From: Candidatus Adlerbacteria bacterium
GTDB lineage: Bacteria > Patescibacteriota > Minisyncoccia > Phycocordibacterales > SBAW01
Direction of reading: 5' to 3'
Assembly: GCA_903851045.1 (NCBI GenBank)
Contig: CAINNF010000017.1
Span: 34,353 to 98,352 of the forward strand
Length of the DNA: 64,000 bases
Notes under the pieces: generated by a model
What the model was told of the DNA's origin: nothing
The model's database searches: none
The model's input: the letters and a program-made list of their open reading frames with translations, nothing else
Translations under genes and position numbers: made by a program
Shown here: in pieces, positions 63,718-64,000 of the stretch
Position numbering within the stretch: the first letter of the stretch is position 1
Layout: each line of letters begins with the position of its first letter

Positions 63718-64000
63718 TTAGTGGATCTTGTTCGTGAGAGTTTCGATGAAGGCTTCTGTCTCGTGCGGGCCAAAGACCGCGTGGGTCGGTATGCCGGTCT
63801 CGAGGACGACCGAATCGTTGCCGCCCTCGTCGAGCGCGTCGCCGACATACAGCATCTCGGTGATCGGCACCTTCGTCAGTTCGGAGAGTCGTACGACGCC
63901 ATATGCTTTGGTGATACCTTTGCGAGTAATGTCGATGGTGGTCATGCCGCCCATGGCGACCGCGAAGTCTGGTAGGGTCTTGATAAGGATGCTGTAGAGA
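63718..64000 (-). CDS. HAD-superfamily (Cof-like, subfamily IIB) hydrolase, C-terminal part; gene continues beyond the window end
   Basis: Minus-strand frame open to position 64000 reads ...LPDFAVAMGGMTTIDITRKGITKAYGV...EMLYVGDALDEGGNDSVV (HAD motif GDxxND). Confidence 0.7.
   Translation of the reverse strand, partial: LYSILIKTLPDFAVAMGGMTTIDITRKGITKAYGVVRLSELTKVPITEMLYVGDALDEGGNDSVVLETGIPTHAVFGPHETEAFIETLTNKIH

Noticed and set aside
1-64000. Search for tRNA, rRNA, tmRNA, RNase P RNA, SRP RNA and CRISPR repeats in intergenic regions
   Set aside because: No cloverleaf-compatible segments, conserved RNase P/SRP/tmRNA motifs or regularly spaced direct repeats were seen by eye. The only strong repeats are the in-frame coding repeats at 38.3-40.9 kb and 33.0-34.3 kb.

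Overview
This 64-kb window is gene-dense and GC-rich, with a few visibly AT-richer patches. It mixes core information-processing genes with several unusual accessory clusters. I found no rRNA, tRNA, CRISPR array or mobile element by eye.

Core genes recognised from the translations: dnaE (partial, at the window start), pepE-like, ilvE, rnhB, rpmF, nusB, rnc, a short smc, rnr, rpsP, a KH-domain gene, trmD, a single 2280-aa rpoB-rpoC fusion ORF, dnaG, rpoD, a Ham1/RdgB ITPase, hisS and truB.

The accessory content that stands out:
- A roughly 12-kb same-strand island (32.1-44.3 kb) sits between dnaG and rpoD. It encodes a secreted protein with a Tat-like (KR) signal and a 1072-aa Gly/Thr repeat protein. 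It also carries tatC, a degenerate tatA copy and an intact tatA. Its last three genes are a 1311-aa fibrous secreted protein (hendecad-type repeats, C-terminal dockerin) and two membrane-anchored cohesin-domain proteins. This looks like a cohesin-dockerin surface-fibre display system, and it is the most interesting candidate for an undescribed system here.
- A PspA/IM30-like operon (13.7-17.7 kb) is led by a secreted TAXI-family binding-domain protein and sits under a promoter whose -35 overlaps a perfect 14-bp palindrome. An orphan TAXI binding-protein operon with a consensus sigma-70 promoter lies just upstream (11.4-13.5 kb).
- A seven-gene minus-strand cluster (47.9-55.95 kb) contains a six-gene complex-I-like / energy-converting-hydrogenase-related (Ehr-type) membrane module. 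Its NuoB-like and NuoD-like subunits lack the Fe-S and NiFe ligand cysteines.
- A NusB-NUDIX fusion and an orphan MazF/PemK toxin.
- A tandem pair of tiny hydrophobic ORFs (27 and 49 aa) with an RBS and a strong terminator, lying divergent to dnaG.
- Lys/Ala-rich basic tails on sigma-70, S16 and L32.

The ORF track reports M for TTG/GTG starts and picks the longest ORF, so several N-termini were re-placed at internal ATG/GTG codons with RBS support. Lineage cannot be assigned from sequence alone. The combination of fused rpoBC, NusB-NUDIX, a hinge-less SMC, cohesin/dockerin surface proteins and many small ORFs is reminiscent of reduced-genome uncultivated bacteria, but that is inference.
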